Assembly: GCA_947167825.1 (NCBI GenBank) | Contig: CAMVJN010000001.1 | Location: 1-48,152 of the forward strand | Direction: 5' to 3' | From: an uncultured Selenomonadales bacterium | GTDB lineage: Bacteria; Bacillota; Negativicutes; Selenomonadales; Selenomonadaceae | DNA length: 48,152 nucleotides | In this document: one piece after another, positions 32,001-41,550 of the stretch | Layout of the letters: each line of letters begins with the position of its first letter | Numbering within the stretch: position 1 is the stretch's first letter | Position numbers and translations under genes: made by a program | Notes under the pieces: generated by a model | What the model saw: the letters and a program-made list of their open reading frames with translations, nothing else | Database searches by the model: none | Told to the model about the DNA's origin: nothing

Positions 32001-35000
32001 ATTCGCTGCTTCACGGCCTCGGCTTTCGTCGGGCTTTTCTCGATATCCTGCATCATTTCGTCCGCGCTGGAATATCCGTATTGCTCCGCCGTCAGCTCCG
32101 CCCGGAACAAAAATTCTTCGCTGCCTGCCGCGCTTGTCTCTGCGTAATTCTTTTTGACATCGGCCAGTTTTTCCTTGATTTCGTCGCACGCCGCGATATG
32201 GCGTTCAATGTCGGCCAGCCGTTCGCCTTCGGCCTGCATAGCTTCGGCTTCTTCCGCCGTCGTCGGCATCCAGCCTTCAACTTGCGGCGCGTTTACGTCG
32301 CCGGAAACAAGCTGCCGCGCCATTTCCCACAGTTCCGTTTTCGTCGGCTTGCGTTTGTTCGCAGCGTAAAAATCACGATACCACTGTGCATTATTGGAAA
32401 CGCGCCCCGTGGTTCCGTCCTGATTCTGAACAATATCAACGCCCTGCCCAATACCGCTTTCAAGGGTATTGATAGCCGGCTGCAAAACCTCGTCGGCTTG
32501 CCGCTGATAGTCTTTCTTGACCTCGCCAAGACCTTTTGTCCAGTTCTTCGGATTGACGGCCGCCGCCAAATGTGCGACTTCGTTCTCCACTGGATTCGTG
32601 TCGGCAGGGAACGCACGGTCAATGAAATTCTCGTCAGTCCAGATACCGACGCTTTCCTGCTGATTCCGCAATTCTCTGAACCGCGCAGCGTCCTTTTTGT
32701 TGTACCCGCACGCATAGACCGGCCGCTTGCTGACTTCATCCTCGACCATAGGCCGGATTTCGTCTTTGAATTTCTTGATTTCTTTGCGCCGCTCTTTCGT
32801 GTAGTTCACAAGGGAGCGTCGCGTCAGAATATCGACGGCCTTTTCCCGTGCCTTTTCAATGTAGTCCTCGACCTTCGCCCGCGTCTCGTCGCTCATGTTC
32901 TCGGTGATTGCGTCCGGCAGCTTGGCGAAGTACCCGTTGACACGCTCCATGTGGGCAATATCATCCTCGGCGGCAAGCATACGATCAAAGACTTCGCGCA
33001 CGTCGTCGGTCAGCTCCGCGTAGTTTTCGCTCCGTTGGATTGTCGCGTAGATTGCTTTCAACCACTTCGCGAAATTGCGGAACACGCGGCGCAGCTCGTA
33101 AGACGGAGACTTGCCCTCCATGATGTAAGTCTCGCCAGCCTCCGCCAGTTTTTCATGCGCCTTGCGTCGTCCATCAAGATCGGCGTTCGCCCATTCCTCC
33201 CGCGTCATGCCGGCGTAAGAAAGCAGCGTTTCAAAGTCTTTTACAGTCTGCTCCGAAGCGTTGCCGCTTTGGACCATGTTCCACATTTGTTCGACAAAAA
33301 AATGCCAAGTCTCGTGAATAACGGTAGAGGCGTCCGCGCCTTTGAACATGGTAACGACGTTATCGTAGGGATTGTATTTGCCCTTGATTTCGCCGTTAGT
33401 CTGCATAAGCGATTTCATGGCATCAAAAAAGCCGCCCTCTTTAGAGCGGCTCTTGGCCTGTTTAGTGTTCTGTTCTTCTGCGTCGGCAAAAATTTCGTCC
33501 TGTTTTTGGGAATATGGAATTTCCTTCCCGTCAAACACAATAATCGCGTCAGACTGATGTGGCGAAGGCGTGCCGTCGTTTTGCCGCTCCAACAATGCCT
33601 TTGCAAATTGCGCCCGTTTAAGTGCGGCCTTGTCGCCCTTGCGCCTTGCCTCTTTTATATGCTTCTCGACCGTGGCAATCTCGTTTTGTATTTTTGCGCG
33701 TCTTGCGGTTTCCCGGGCTTCCTGCTCGCCGCCAAGACGACGGTAAAGGTCATAGTCCGAGCTGGAAGAATCCAGTTCCGACGATAGCGCCGCTGCGGCG
33801 CCCGCATCTTCGCTTTGAGCGATACGCTGAATTTCTTCCGCAATCAACTTGCGTGCCGTCGTTCGCGCTCCCCCTGCGGCAAAACGCTCTACGGCTTGGA
33901 TGATATGTTGGATTTCATGGGTTAATGTTTCCTTTATGCGTTCAGGTTCATTTCGCATAAGATTCTCATTGAGTTCGATAAAAGGAGAATCGTCTTGCAG
34001 CGTGCCGGCCCTGCCGCGCTTTCCATTGTCTCCGCCAAAATCGTTCGGGTAAATCTTAATATTACGCAAAAAGGGATATGCCTTATACAATTTTGGATTT
34101 TTATATATTTCTTTCAGCGTAACTTGATGATCGTCGTCTCCCAAAAGCGGAGTAAAATCAATGCCTTCAAAATTGTCCTTGATTTCAAAGCGCCATTTGT
34201 TGTCCAGTCCCTTAAACCAGCCCGTAGCTTTATAAATCTCGTCCGCGGACTTGCCTTCCGATTCCATTGTTTGCGCTTCGGTCAGCTTTATTTTATCCGC
34301 AGTTTTGGCGTTTTCTCCGGCAAATTGACCGTAACCGGCCTGCACTTCGCCATTCTCGCCGCGTCGGACTTTGTAGCTTTGCATAATGGCAAGCGCATAG
34401 TCGGGATTGAGGTTTTCCGCAAAGCGTTTCAGCAATTCGACTTGCCCCATAGCAAGCTGCTTGCCAACGCCCGCCTCGGCAAACTCGGAAATGATACGAT
34501 TTTCCTCTGCCTTAAATTGGTCCCGAAGTTCCGCGTACCTTTCCTGCGCTTGCTTGATTCTTTCCTGCTCCGCCTGCTCTTTCTTCGGCGTATAGCCGCC
34601 GTCCTCAAAAGCCGTGCCGTCCTTGACTTCCTGGAAAAATCCGTCAAACGCCGCGCACGTCGCTTCAAAATTGCCCAGCTTTACGTCAACCGTATCGCCG
34701 GAAGCAGCAGCTTTCTCGATATCCTCGACAGACACGCCAAGACTTTCCGCAACCTTCTCCGCGCCCTTTTCCTGCGCGTACCCGGCCAACGCCTCGCCGT
34801 CCACATAGACAGTCTGATTCTGTAGATTGTCGTTGATAACAGCACCGGCATATTTCGGGTTAATGCCAGTTTCTTTGATACGATTGATTGTGCTTTCAAC
34901 GTGTTCCGTCATTTCAGTATAGACTTCGCGCTGCATTGCACGCTCGATACTGCGATCAAGTTTATGGTCAAGGGCAAGGTGCATCCCGCCAGCCCCTGTG

Positions 35001-35815
35001 CCAAGAGTAGCACCAATCAAGCCGCTGTAAGTAGCACTGCTGTGTATATCGCCAAGCTGGTTCCAAATAATATTTGCGATTTCTTCCGGCGACTTGTCAG
35101 CGTTTTCCGCCCAAATCTTTGAAAGCTGTTCTGGGTATTCCTGCAAATACTCCGTGATTCCTTCTGTCAAAGCATCTTCCGCAACATGACGGAGCCTTTG
35201 CTTCAACATGGAATTTGCCGGAAATGCTTTTGTCAGCTTGCTAAATCCGATAAATTCAAGCGGAGTTTGAACGGCAGCGTTAAAAGCGGCAGCTTTCCCC
35301 GCCGTCTCTACGTCAATTCCCTGTTCACGCAGTTCTTTGTATTCCTCACCGCCAATCTGCAAAGCCATTGCAGGAAGCGTACCATAGCCGCCAGTGGCAA
35401 GGCCGACCGCAAGCTGACCGCCAAGCTGTCCTGCACCTTGCGCTAGGTCATAGGCGAAACGCTCCGCGCTGCTGTCTGCCCGTACTTCATACGGCTGCAA
35501 AAACTCGGCATCTGCGGCATCGTCCAAAAGCTGACGTGCGCCTTCGTCCATTTGCATACGCTCCGGGTGGGCTTCATTTAACTGTGCCTCATTTACGTCA
35601 CGGAGCCATTGAACGCCGCGAAGTACACCGCGGGGGACAGACATAAAACCGTTATAGACAGACTTCCCAAGATTCAACGCTTTGTCGGAGGCAGTCTGCT
35701 TTTGCTGAAAATCCATTGTGTCATATACAGACAGCAGACTTCCTACATTGCTTGTCACAGGCGCGTATTGCTCGCTGGATTCCAAACGCTTCTCATATTC
35801 CTCAACGCTCAACAT
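29027..35815 (-). CDS. Giant internal virion / polyvalent-type protein of 2262 aa with a metallopeptidase-like HExxH.
   Basis: HEIQH lies at 33905..33919 and a second HETWH at 33302..33316. Gly-rich hydrophobic segments occur at both ends. It sits after the other internal virion proteins of a podovirus-like module. Confidence 0.75.
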   Translation of the reverse strand: MLSVEEYEKRLESSEQYAPVTSNVGSLLSVYDTMDFQQKQTASDKALNLGKSVYNGFMSVPRGVLRGVQWLRDVNEAQLNEAHPERMQMDEGARQLLDDAADAEFLQPYEVRADSSAERFAYDLAQGAGQLGGQLAVGLATGGYGTLPAMALQIGGEEYKELREQGIDVETAGKAAAFNAAVQTPLEFIGFSKLTKAFPANSMLKQRLRHVAEDALTEGITEYLQEYPEQLSKIWAENADKSPEEIANIIWNQLGDIHSSATYSGLIGATLGTGAGGMHLALDHKLDRSIERAMQREVYTEMTEHVESTINRIKETGINPKYAGAVINDNLQNQTVYVDGEALAGYAQEKGAEKVAESLGVSVEDIEKAAASGDTVDVKLGNFEATCAAFDGFFQEVKDGTAFEDGGYTPKKEQAEQERIKQAQERYAELRDQFKAEENRIISEFAEAGVGKQLAMGQVELLKRFAENLNPDYALAIMQSYKVRRGENGEVQAGYGQFAGENAKTADKIKLTEAQTMESEGKSADEIYKATGWFKGLDNKWRFEIKDNFEGIDFTPLLGDDDHQVTLKEIYKNPKLYKAYPFLRNIKIYPNDFGGDNGKRGRAGTLQDDSPFIELNENLMRNEPERIKETLTHEIQHIIQAVERFAAGGARTTARKLIAEEIQRIAQSEDAGAAAALSSELDSSSSDYDLYRRLGGEQEARETARRAKIQNEIATVEKHIKEARRKGDKAALKRAQFAKALLERQNDGTPSPHQSDAIIVFDGKEIPYSQKQDEIFADAEEQNTKQAKSRSKEGGFFDAMKSLMQTNGEIKGKYNPYDNVVTMFKGADASTVIHETWHFFVEQMWNMVQSGNASEQTVKDFETLLSYAGMTREEWANADLDGRRKAHEKLAEAGETYIMEGKSPSYELRRVFRNFAKWLKAIYATIQRSENYAELTDDVREVFDRMLAAEDDIAHMERVNGYFAKLPDAITENMSDETRAKVEDYIEKAREKAVDILTRRSLVNYTKERRKEIKKFKDEIRPMVEDEVSKRPVYACGYNKKDAARFRELRNQQESVGIWTDENFIDRAFPADTNPVENEVAHLAAAVNPKNWTKGLGEVKKDYQRQADEVLQPAINTLESGIGQGVDIVQNQDGTTGRVSNNAQWYRDFYAANKRKPTKTELWEMARQLVSGDVNAPQVEGWMPTTAEEAEAMQAEGERLADIERHIAACDEIKEKLADVKKNYAETSAAGSEEFLFRAELTAEQYGYSSADEMMQDIEKSPTKAEAVKQRINERVQELTMQDERNNYEAMIRESLYNEDEALLIGIEQQLIEEYAAKAKERQEANERKAEERAEQRNVNAEVAAARKQQAKNAARADLTKMNVKEATRTNKFITAERNAAMKSAKLLAQKKFDEALTQKNLQAYWHAMAAESMKIARRQKQYEKFLKKQVSLKRESWLNDTHFGAISLLFDRMGIANAKHKEAAAASEFKTLQEYAAAMEGQFDCVDIAPWILEGSTPISDTNALTLEQYEDVVNAVKNIKAIVKAQKGADMFASKEAWKETKAGIIERLSKLKTLWKPDPNKVSKPSKIEEWLAGLETMDTFCEMLDGGRYGWFSQHWNNLMKRCQDREYDMREAYDKAETDALKKWLPDKAAENAANEKIYYEELGESVTKHTLVRMLINLGNKENSQRICETVPVGFENSTLWVMPDESLAVNQKELKAMREEAREQTRQNLMNFLGKLLTKEDVEYAQRKINAAGMNWAERVELDRRTKGFAPKKVEATPVVLNIGGEQVVLQGGYFPLMRYGETGSHPASAEVQPDEELQGRRIRTYHTNTSASKARTNARYAVDLRLGTERSSIYESIHDLCWREAMSDFRRVLNDQDVYAMLKSKVGISRMNLFKELLEVSADGQNSKALSAFEQSMVNATGWLTSKTANSLIMCSLKVTTQNGADAFLYGNAVDGYTMADNISALGRYMMKWFNPSKQKEMQDFVFSKSAYMKERSLIPDVTIRDIISENKERKWEKVVRETTTKMFAYTDNATAIPNWIQAYNKKLNEGATEQEAIDFADTVVRRVKGSSRNTEVSSMQRSKAYKPITMFQSFFNARLNEFLRMERYAANQWTDGQKAEAFSTVASYVMGKFIMQAMLSLAFALENPFGVDDEDGWPNLIKELKSQTFSMFGPFGQAASGIVGAAAGMHEFDYRMSAIESTVNKGISAVRAVKSDKKSTAEKVEVVTNFASLTSGAPMQITKVFWNLFDIAFNGMTPELGDLFRRRPKKERK

Positions 35816-35833
35816 ATCGGAACAACCCTTTCT

Positions 35834-38068
35834 TTAATCACGATACCCGGATATATCCTTCAGCTTCATAAGGTCCTCGCCGGTCATATACGCATAGTTC
35901 CCGTCTGCGCTTTCAAGCACATATCCGTCGTCACCGGTCTGCCTGATCGTGTCGTACCCGTTCGCCGCAAGGATTCTATATGGCAAGATTACGTTTTCTT
36001 CCGTATTCATCCATGTGCCGCGATCTACATATTGGCCGCCGTGATATTCGTCTGTAAAGGCTTTTGCCACTCGGTCTGCTAGTTCTTCCTCCCAGCCGGA
36101 AAACAGGCTTCCTTTGTTATCTGCCAGCATTTTGTAATACTGGAAACGTGCAATCCGTTTGAACGTGCGATTAAACGACTTTTTATCCTCAATCATTCTG
36201 TCGTCTATATCACAGTATGCCTTGATATCGTCATACGGTATCGCCCATTCGCCTTTATTGTTTTTGTAGTCTTTCAGCAGTTTTTGGAGCTTGTTGATTT
36301 CCGTTGCCGAAGTAATACCGCGCTCCGCGCAATATTGAGTAATTGCGGCCGCATCCACGCGCCCCATAGATATTTCGTCTCGCACAAGCTCCATATCTGT
36401 TTCGTTGACTTTTTCAGACGGCTGCCGCCGCGCTCCTTGCTGTGCCGCCCGTTCGTTCCTGCGCTCCACTGCGGCCACTGTTTTTTCAAGCTCTATTCTG
36501 ACGTGGTTATTTACGCTTCCGTTGGCATAGGCGTATTTATTTATAATCGCTTGGTATTGGTCTACGTCATCGACGCCATGATTCATCAGGTCTTGCATCT
36601 CGTCATGTGCTCTTGAAATGATAGCGTTATCCGCGGCCTTTATTTCCGTCATGCGCTTTTGATGAAGCGCCCACGCTTTTTGTGCCTGTTCCTCAACCTC
36701 CAGATCAGACATTTCCTGCATCGTCTGTCTGTCCATGCGGATAACGTACCCGATTTGATATCCGCCAATTTCCTGATCGTCAGAGTGGATAATGCACCCG
36801 TCGCCGCGCACTTCGTTTCCGTTCTCGTCCACATAGTCCTTTGCGCTTGACGAATTGCCGTAATAGCCGCCGTTGCCGTCAGCCATGACAACGTGCTCCG
36901 CATTGTCAAAATCGGAAATATCGTCGCCCTCGGAGAAGTAGACGAGAACATCACCTTCATTTACTTTCCCGCCGTTGTACCGCTCAATCGTTGCGCTGTC
37001 GGAGTTTTGCGCCAGCCGGCAAAGCACGCCGCAATTTACAACGTCGCTGTTATCTGCCGTCAGTTTTGCAAAAGGCTTTGTCAAAGCGACGACGGCCTCA
37101 ACGCATCCGTTCCGGCCATCAGGCATCGTCAATCCAAGTCTTGAATCGTAATGGCTAAAGCGCGTCGTAGCGTTCCCGCTGTTTGCGTATAGATTGCTGA
37201 AATAGTTTCTGTAATCGTCAAGCGTCGCGTTTTCGCCGCCAAGCTGCACCCATAAATCATTTGCCTGCTTGAAATCGTGCGCGTCTTTCTGCCGCTTGCC
37301 AAGCATAGACAAAACAGATACGCGGGTTTTTGGGTCAAGATAATCGGAATACTTTACGGCAAGCTGCCCCATGCGTGCGTAATCTTCCATCTTCATCGAC
37401 AAAGACAATGCGTCCGCTACAATCTGCCCTTTGAAAATCCGTTTCTGTTGCTCGATCATTTCCTTGCCGTATTGACCGTACCGAGCTTCAATAAAGCCTT
37501 CGGCGCGATTCAAGCCTTGGTCTATCGACATATCCGTATAGCCGCCGTCCGCCGCCGTCTGTATGCACGTCGCCAACTGATTGTTAAACTGCGTTTCATG
37601 GTAGGCGTCCGTCTCGGCCATCTGATATTTCATCATGTGTTCCCGGCGCGTGTTGTTGTCTCGCTCCGTGTAGATTGTGAACGCCTGCCCGGCCTTGCCG
37701 TAATTGATAAACTGCCCGTACTTTTTCCGCACTTTCTCCAATGCCTTGACGTGCAGCTTGTCATAGTCCTCGACCACATTCAGAGCGTTTTCCTGCTTTT
37801 TCTGCATCAGCTCCGCCGTGCCTTCGGACATAAGGCGGTTGTACTCGTTGTTGGCCTCCATGACTTTGCCCTGGTCGTATTGTTCGCGCCAATTATTGAA
37901 ACCGGCGACAATCACGTTGGCCGTGTCTGCGTTCACCTTTGCTAAATCAGCATTGGCGCGGGCAAGCATCTTTTGGCCGGAGTTGTCTGCTTGCAGATTT
38001 GCGGGCCTTGTATAGTGTTGATACGGCGCTTCAAGCTGGCCGCGAGATTGATACGGCGAGAAGTTCAT
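35834..38068 (-). CDS. Internal virion protein of 744 aa with a putative NlpC/P60- or CHAP-like cysteine hydrolase segment.
   Basis: GRNGCVEAVVAL ... EHVVMADGNGGYYG suggests a Cys/His pair. The call also rests on gene position. Confidence 0.6.
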   Translation of the reverse strand: MNFSPYQSRGQLEAPYQHYTRPANLQADNSGQKMLARANADLAKVNADTANVIVAGFNNWREQYDQGKVMEANNEYNRLMSEGTAELMQKKQENALNVVEDYDKLHVKALEKVRKKYGQFINYGKAGQAFTIYTERDNNTRREHMMKYQMAETDAYHETQFNNQLATCIQTAADGGYTDMSIDQGLNRAEGFIEARYGQYGKEMIEQQKRIFKGQIVADALSLSMKMEDYARMGQLAVKYSDYLDPKTRVSVLSMLGKRQKDAHDFKQANDLWVQLGGENATLDDYRNYFSNLYANSGNATTRFSHYDSRLGLTMPDGRNGCVEAVVALTKPFAKLTADNSDVVNCGVLCRLAQNSDSATIERYNGGKVNEGDVLVYFSEGDDISDFDNAEHVVMADGNGGYYGNSSSAKDYVDENGNEVRGDGCIIHSDDQEIGGYQIGYVIRMDRQTMQEMSDLEVEEQAQKAWALHQKRMTEIKAADNAIISRAHDEMQDLMNHGVDDVDQYQAIINKYAYANGSVNNHVRIELEKTVAAVERRNERAAQQGARRQPSEKVNETDMELVRDEISMGRVDAAAITQYCAERGITSATEINKLQKLLKDYKNNKGEWAIPYDDIKAYCDIDDRMIEDKKSFNRTFKRIARFQYYKMLADNKGSLFSGWEEELADRVAKAFTDEYHGGQYVDRGTWMNTEENVILPYRILAANGYDTIRQTGDDGYVLESADGNYAYMTGEDLMKLKDISGYRD

Positions 38069-38074
38069 TGTTTG

Positions 38075-38806
38075 TCACCATCCCTTGCCGCGTGAACCTA
38101 GATTCCACGTTGGCCTTGTTGCTCCAAAACTCCCTGCTATTCCTCTTGTGCTTTGCGCCGGGTCGTAAACGGCTGACCCGTACACCGTACTTCCGCCTCC
38201 GTCGGACGATGAACCACCGCCGCCGAAGCCGGACAGATTGCTTGCAAGGCTGAACGCGCCTCCGAGCCATGCGTTCATTTCCGCACGCTTGCCGGCCGCC
38301 CTTGCGCTTTCGGCAGACGCCCTCGCGCCTCCTGCGTTCGCCTGATTCTGCCGTGCGTAAAAATCGTATTTATTGGATTTGTTGGAGTAGTCCGTGGCTT
38401 TTCCAAAAGTTGCATAAGCGCCCTGCATACCGTTGTATAGCTGCGTCGCAGTGTCGCGGTCAATATCCCACCTTGTATCTGCAAGGGCATTCAATGCGCT
38501 TCCTGTGGCCGTGATATTGGACGCGCTGATTTTCGCTTTCTGCTGGCCTTCCCGCAGGAGCATTTGACGGCGGCGCATTTCCGTGTTCTCCGTGGCAACG
38601 CGCGCTTCTTCCTGCGCCTGCTTGTTTGCCCGTTCGGCGTTCTTTGCCTGTGCTTCCGCTTCGGCCTGCTGCATTTTTGCCTGTGCCTCGTATTGCGACG
38701 CCTGCGCTTCGTACTGCCGCGCCTGCGCCTCGGCCTGCTCCCGCGCCGCCCTGCCTTGCAGGAACGCAGCGCCAATCGTGCCGATAATCAATCCGGCCAT
38801 GCCCAT
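38075..38806 (-). CDS. Internal virion protein with an N-terminal TM segment and a Q/A-rich coiled coil.
   Basis: The ATG at 38806 follows GGGGAGAG. The protein contains GLIIGTIGAAFL and AEAQARQYEAQASQYEAQAKMQQAEAEAQ. Confidence 0.55.
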   Translation of the reverse strand: MGMAGLIIGTIGAAFLQGRAAREQAEAQARQYEAQASQYEAQAKMQQAEAEAQAKNAERANKQAQEEARVATENTEMRRRQMLLREGQQKAKISASNITATGSALNALADTRWDIDRDTATQLYNGMQGAYATFGKATDYSNKSNKYDFYARQNQANAGGARASAESARAAGKRAEMNAWLGGAFSLASNLSGFGGGGSSSDGGGSTVYGSAVYDPAQSTRGIAGSFGATRPTWNLGSRGKGW

Positions 38807-38807
38807 A

Positions 38808-39275
38808 TCATTCACTCTCCCCGAACGTAAACTTATGATATAAGTTTCCGTATAAACCATAAGGACGCGGAGGATATACCTTCGCGCCCATCCATTTCAG
38901 CCACTTTATTGTGTCGTCGTTTCCCTTGTCCACATAATTGTACAGATAGTCCCAGTCTTTCATAAACGCTCGTATGCCTTTCAGCGTCCATTTGCCCGTG
39001 TAGATTTTATGCTTTGCCGTTTCCGTTGTCGCAAGCATCCATATTTGTCCGACGTTCTCAAAGGGGTTATCTCTCACAACGCCAAAAGCCGCCATAGGCA
39101 CTCCGTCACGCTTGCAGATATACGCGCATTCTGACAGCCTCAAACTTCGCAAACAGGCTTTTTCGATATTCCCGCCGATTGCCCCAATAATTTCGCGCCG
39201 ATCTTCGTCACGCATCATGGAAGCCAGTTCTTTCATGTCGGATTCCGTAGGCGTCGTATATACATAATCAGCCAC
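38808..39275 (-). CDS. Small virion-module protein (T7 gp13/DUF2833-like, tentative).
   Basis: It is 155 aa long, with a C-terminal NDDTIKWLKWMGAK pattern. Confidence 0.45.
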   Translation of the reverse strand: MADYVYTTPTESDMKELASMMRDEDRREIIGAIGGNIEKACLRSLRLSECAYICKRDGVPMAAFGVVRDNPFENVGQIWMLATTETAKHKIYTGKWTLKGIRAFMKDWDYLYNYVDKGNDDTIKWLKWMGAKVYPPRPYGLYGNLYHKFTFGESE

Positions 39276-41550
39276 CGGGAAGCACCTCCGGGATAATCGA
39301 AAGCACCGTCATGGGGAACGGCGCGTCCTGCTTTATCGTCAGCATCAGCGTATCTTCGTAATTCGCCTGCGGCAGCGTAATCTTCTTCTTGCCGCTGTAA
39401 AGCGCCACAGGCGTTCCCCACGCCTCCGTGCTGCGCCATTTGATTTCATCCATGGCGTTATCCGCAAAGCCAAATTTGCCGCCGACCGTCTCTTTGAACA
39501 TGACCATCATGTTTTGGATTCGTTTCTTCCTGCTGCCCCATGTGCCGTCCTGCCCGGACATTTCCACCGGCAACGTCTGAATCACCGTGTCATATTCAAG
39601 GCCGACGGATATTTTGGAATACGCATGGTCGAGCGTCAGAGTGCCGTTGTTGGCCACCGTCGTATCTGCCAGCTTATGCCCGTCGGCAAGGACCTGAACT
39701 GTTTTTCCTGCCAGCCATGTAAGGCCAGGAATCGTGCTGACTGCGGAGCCGGAGTAAGAAAGGCCGCTGTCTACATAAAACTGGTCTGCTGTGTCGTCGG
39801 AAATAAACCGCGCCGACATTTGCTCCACGCAATAATCATTCCCGCGCTTTATGACCGCCCAAAGCTCGTCCTCGTTGTTGCCGGATATGGAGCATACGTC
39901 GATAAACTGCCCCTGCGTCGTGTGCCTGTGCCATGCGTAAACGTCCTGCTCTTTTACATACGTCATGCCCAAAAGAACGCCGTCCTCGCGCACACACCAT
40001 ACAACGGAATCAGGGATTTGCTGATACGTCATGCCGACGATGCTGTGGCCTTCAAACAAATGCGACGCCAAAATAGACACGTCGTCGCCCGTGTATTTGT
40101 CTACGTCATAGCTATATGCCAAGTCTCGGACAATGCCGCCGTGCTGCTGGACGTAGACGATTCGCCCGCCGATAACCACCGGCGTAAGGTCGTTGATACC
40201 GCGATATTCCTGCGCCCGTGCCTGCTGGTTCGTCGGCGTGAAGTTTTCTCCGCCGCCCGATACCCGATACTCGCCGCCGCTCGTCAGCATGACGATCTCG
40301 CCAAAAGAAACGATTGCCTTGATACCATTCATTTGCCCGCTGGCAAGCGTGCCGGTGATTGCATCATCATCCGCAAGCGGAACAGACTGCCCGAAATTGT
40401 AATAATCGCCGCTCTTGCTTGCCCAATATGTTTGCGGCTGCGCCTTGCTCCCGGCAAATACAAGTCTGTCCTCAAAGAAACCAATCGCCTGCGGATAGCC
40501 TGCCGTCTCGCTCCACGCCTGCAACGCAAAATCTTTTGTGGCCGTCGCCGCGCCAAGCCGCTTTGTGACTGTAGCATCCACAGACGTTGGGGTATTGTAA
40601 TTCGTGATCTGCGCTATGCCATAGTAGTCTTTGGCAAAGGCTTGTATCGTCACATATCCGCGCTGGTTCTCATCCTCGCCCGTGCGTTTCTCTGTATTAA
40701 ACTCCGTGCTGGTCACGCGGTAATCTCGAATCACATCATCGTCATTGGTAAATGTCATGTTGTAATTCTGCGAACGGTTGCCGCTTTGCTGTTTGATTTG
40801 CACCCATGCGCCGGAATCACTCCGTTTTTCAACGATAAACGAGCCGTCCCAAAAGCCAAAGGATTCAACATAGACTGTGCCGCCGGGGACGCAAGAGACT
40901 TGCAAAGTGTCCTCGTTCGGCTTTCCTTTTTGATATTGTCCCGGGACGGTGTGGCCTATATTGATAGACTGCCCAACCATCGACGACGAGAAATAACTGT
41001 CACTTGTCGTAAGCGTAATATTGGTTCCCGTTGTCGCTGACGGCGTAATTGTTATATCCGTTGTGTTCGGGTCGTCAAATGGACCGTTTGTAATATCCAT
41101 GACCGTATACGACCAGGACGTATTACTGTATCTCGTCAACGTCGCGGGCGGATGGTTCGGATGGACAAGAAACAATACGTCCGCCGACTGCGTATATTTT
41201 ATTTTCGGCAGCTCCGCCTCTGTGTACGGCGTGCTGACTTCCACAGGGCTGCTCCCGGACGTGATGATACCGCCCTGTGTAAAAAAGCGCACTTTCCCTG
41301 CCGTAAACTCCAAGATATAGTTCTGCTCCGTATTGTACGAGAACGGAATCAGCCGCGCCTTTCGGTTCGACTTCGTACCCGTGATATATCGAAAGCCAGG
41401 TCTCCGCGTCACGCCGCCGTAACGGAGCACAACTGCATTTTGGAGCACAGCGGCGCCAACATCATATTTTTGTAAGTCTGTCCTCCCGTAAAGGGCGGGG
41501 GTAAGCTCCCCGCCCGCAAAGGAGGGTTTTAATTGGTACATCCCCATCAC
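39268..41550 (-). CDS. Tail tubular protein B / nozzle-like protein of 760 aa.
   Basis: The N-terminus FAGGELTPALYGRTDLQKYDVGAAVLQNAVVLRYGGVTRRPGFRYI matches the podovirus tail pattern as I recall it. Confidence 0.6.
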   Translation of the reverse strand: MMGMYQLKPSFAGGELTPALYGRTDLQKYDVGAAVLQNAVVLRYGGVTRRPGFRYITGTKSNRKARLIPFSYNTEQNYILEFTAGKVRFFTQGGIITSGSSPVEVSTPYTEAELPKIKYTQSADVLFLVHPNHPPATLTRYSNTSWSYTVMDITNGPFDDPNTTDITITPSATTGTNITLTTSDSYFSSSMVGQSINIGHTVPGQYQKGKPNEDTLQVSCVPGGTVYVESFGFWDGSFIVEKRSDSGAWVQIKQQSGNRSQNYNMTFTNDDDVIRDYRVTSTEFNTEKRTGEDENQRGYVTIQAFAKDYYGIAQITNYNTPTSVDATVTKRLGAATATKDFALQAWSETAGYPQAIGFFEDRLVFAGSKAQPQTYWASKSGDYYNFGQSVPLADDDAITGTLASGQMNGIKAIVSFGEIVMLTSGGEYRVSGGGENFTPTNQQARAQEYRGINDLTPVVIGGRIVYVQQHGGIVRDLAYSYDVDKYTGDDVSILASHLFEGHSIVGMTYQQIPDSVVWCVREDGVLLGMTYVKEQDVYAWHRHTTQGQFIDVCSISGNNEDELWAVIKRGNDYCVEQMSARFISDDTADQFYVDSGLSYSGSAVSTIPGLTWLAGKTVQVLADGHKLADTTVANNGTLTLDHAYSKISVGLEYDTVIQTLPVEMSGQDGTWGSRKKRIQNMMVMFKETVGGKFGFADNAMDEIKWRSTEAWGTPVALYSGKKKITLPQANYEDTLMLTIKQDAPFPMTVLSIIPEVLPGG

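Noticed and set aside
31232-33787. 851-aa plus-strand ORF, together with the similar long plus-strand ORFs at 39514..41040 and 42474..43886.
   Set aside because: They are antisense to the giant virion protein, the nozzle-like protein and the capsid gene respectively. They have no RBS, Arg/Leu-rich composition and no recognisable motifs.
29027-35815. Interpretation of the 2262-aa ORF as a tape measure protein.
   Set aside because: There are no tail tube, sheath, chaperone-frameshift or baseplate genes. It follows the tail tubular and internal virion genes of a podovirus-like module and carries enzyme-like HExxH motifs.
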